Source: Octopus bimaculoides
Taxonomy: Eukaryota
Length of the DNA stretch: 33,395 nucleotides
Direction: 5' to 3'
Assembly: GCF_001194135.2 (NCBI RefSeq)
Contig: NC_068996.1
Span: 36,589,632 to 36,623,026 of the forward strand
Part shown: in pieces, positions 32,073-33,395 of the stretch
Position numbering within the stretch: the first letter of the stretch is position 1
How the letters are laid out: every line of letters starts with the position of its first letter
Program-made: the position numbers and the translations under genes
Notes under the pieces: generated by a model
What the model saw: only the letters and a program-made list of their open reading frames with translations
Database searches by the model: none
What the model was told of the DNA's origin: nothing

Positions 32073-32236
32073 TATTTATTTACATATATACATGTGTGTG
32101 TGTGTATACATGTATGTCTATTAGATCTAATTACCTTTTAAATATATGCTTTTTGTTATATACATCTCACTGGTAATGCCTTTCCCTATTTATATAATGT
32201 AATTCTTTCTCCAAATAAATTGCACTTCATATTCAA

Positions 32237-32318
32237 GGCTCTGATGAAGCTATAATGCATTATTCAAACACTCATCTAATGTGTCCACTGCATCTTATAG
32301 TAGAAACAGCTGTAAGCT
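32237..32318 (+). ncRNA. Hammerhead-ribozyme-like motif with complete core, sense to Jagged, ~260 nt upstream of the exon at 32577
   Basis: GGCT(32237-40) CTGATGA(41-47) A GCTATAA...TTATAGT(32295-301) A GAAA C AGCT GTA(32312-14) AGCT. Confidence 0.68.
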
Positions 32319-32576
32319 ATTGTAGTTCGTAAGATAATCATCTGTTCCTTTGTCATCTTTCTTGTGTGTGTGTGTACATGCATTCATATATACAGGTGCA
32401 CACACTTATACATATAGGTTATGTTCAGAAAATTTTATAAAAGTACTTAGTAACTTTGTGGCGTTGGTGGTGGCAGTGAGAAACATCGTGGTGCTGACTG
32501 ATGGTTCAAATAAAACTTTTTAACCGGTCATTTCAAAAATTATTACTTATTTCTTGCTCACCTTGTTTATCAACAG

Positions 32577-32741
32577 TTATTGACCAATGTACCATATCTG
32601 TTCCGTCCAACCGAACTAGTGGGGAGGTGCGTTCAATATCATCCAACATCTGTGGTAAACATGGAATTTGTCGAAGTCAGGCTGGAAGTGGTTTTGTATG
32701 TGAATGCCAGTCAGGCTACCAGGGAACATATTGTCATGAAA
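32577..32741 (+). CDS. JAG1: Jagged/Serrate exon (equivalent to JAG1 exon 14), interrupted EGF10; the gene continues beyond the window
   Basis: atcaacag|TT ATT GAC...CAT GAA A|gtaaga; 165 nt, phase 1-1. VIDQCTISVPSNRTSGEVRSISSNICGKHGICRSQAGSGFVCECQSGYQGTYCHE vs JAG1 [55 protein letters not shown]. Confidence 0.96.
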
Positions 32742-32997
32742 GTAAGACATCAGAATTTTTTTAATATTTCTATTTTTTTTTCTTTATTTGCTGGTTTATA
32801 GCTTCACATTGTTTGTTGTATACATTTATATGTAATAGTTTATTTGTCCAAGCAGTTGTTTTCCACAACTGGATGTTCTTGCTATGAGTGAGCCATTTAG
32901 TGGTGAAGTAGCGAGATAAATCTTTGTCTTTCAAGCAGTTGGAGCTGACAGAGTTATGGGCCTTGTTCAGTGCGTACATGTGCAAAGCTCAACAATG

Positions 32998-33125
32998 TAG
33001 CCTCTGGTTCAGTCCCACTACATTTCAATCCTTGGGCAAGTACCTTCTACAATAACCCTGAGTCAACCAAAGCCTTTTCAATGGATTTGGTACATGGAAA
33101 CTGAAAGAAACCTGAAATGTGTGCA
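32998..33125 (+). mobile_element. Family B SINE fragment
   Basis: ggttcagtcccact...ccttgggcaagtaccttctac...ccaaagcctt...ggatttggtac.ggaaactgaaagaa. Confidence 0.72.
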
Positions 33126-33140
33126 AGTTGTGTTTGTGAA

Positions 33141-33365
33141 GACGGTGAGCTGGCAGAATTGTTAGCATGCCAGGCTTTGCAGTATTGTGTCTGTCTTTAC
33201 GTTCTGAGTTCAAATTCCGCCGTGGTCGACTTTGCCTTTCATCCTGTCGGGGTCAATTAAATAAGTACCAGTTACACACCGGGGTCGACGTAATCAACTT
33301 AATCCATTTGTCTGTCCTTGTTTGTTCCCTCTATGTTTAGACCCCCTGTGGGCAATAAAGAAATA
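33141..33365 (+). mobile_element. Family A SINE, full length, same subfamily tail as 9231-9435
   Basis: ggtgagctggcagaattgttagcatgcc...gagttcaaattccgccgtggtcgactttgcctttcatcc...gtgggcaataaagaaata. Confidence 0.85.
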
Positions 33366-33395
33366 AAGTTTGTGTTTGTGTATGTATATATATCT

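Overview
AT-rich, microsatellite- and SINE-dense eukaryotic DNA. It is most likely an octopus draft assembly (inferred from repeat style; five N gaps). The window lies entirely inside one + strand gene, a Jagged/Serrate Notch ligand. I reconstructed nine coding exons by hand: 765-825, 17202-17332, 20769-20888, 24546-24659, 27441-27668, 28274-28320, 29962-30135, 31327-31477 and 32577-32741. All have AG/GT boundaries and splice into one open 1191-nt frame encoding EGF1-EGF10, including the 8-cysteine interrupted EGF10 typical of Jagged/Serrate. Exon sizes match human JAG1 exons 5-14 as I recall them, except that exons 9 and 10 are fused. Most supplied ORFs are microsatellite or gap artefacts. 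The introns hold several SINE-like families, decayed R4/Dong, Tx1/L1 and Penelope-like retroelements, and several MITE-like foldbacks. The most notable unexplained signals are: a three-copy repeat with an intact hammerhead-ribozyme core (two copies in the Jagged sense strand); a repeat found twice next to Dong fragments at (TAA)n; many long intronic hairpins and inverted repeats; and loss of the EGF3 O-fucose threonine. I found no novel protein-coding system.
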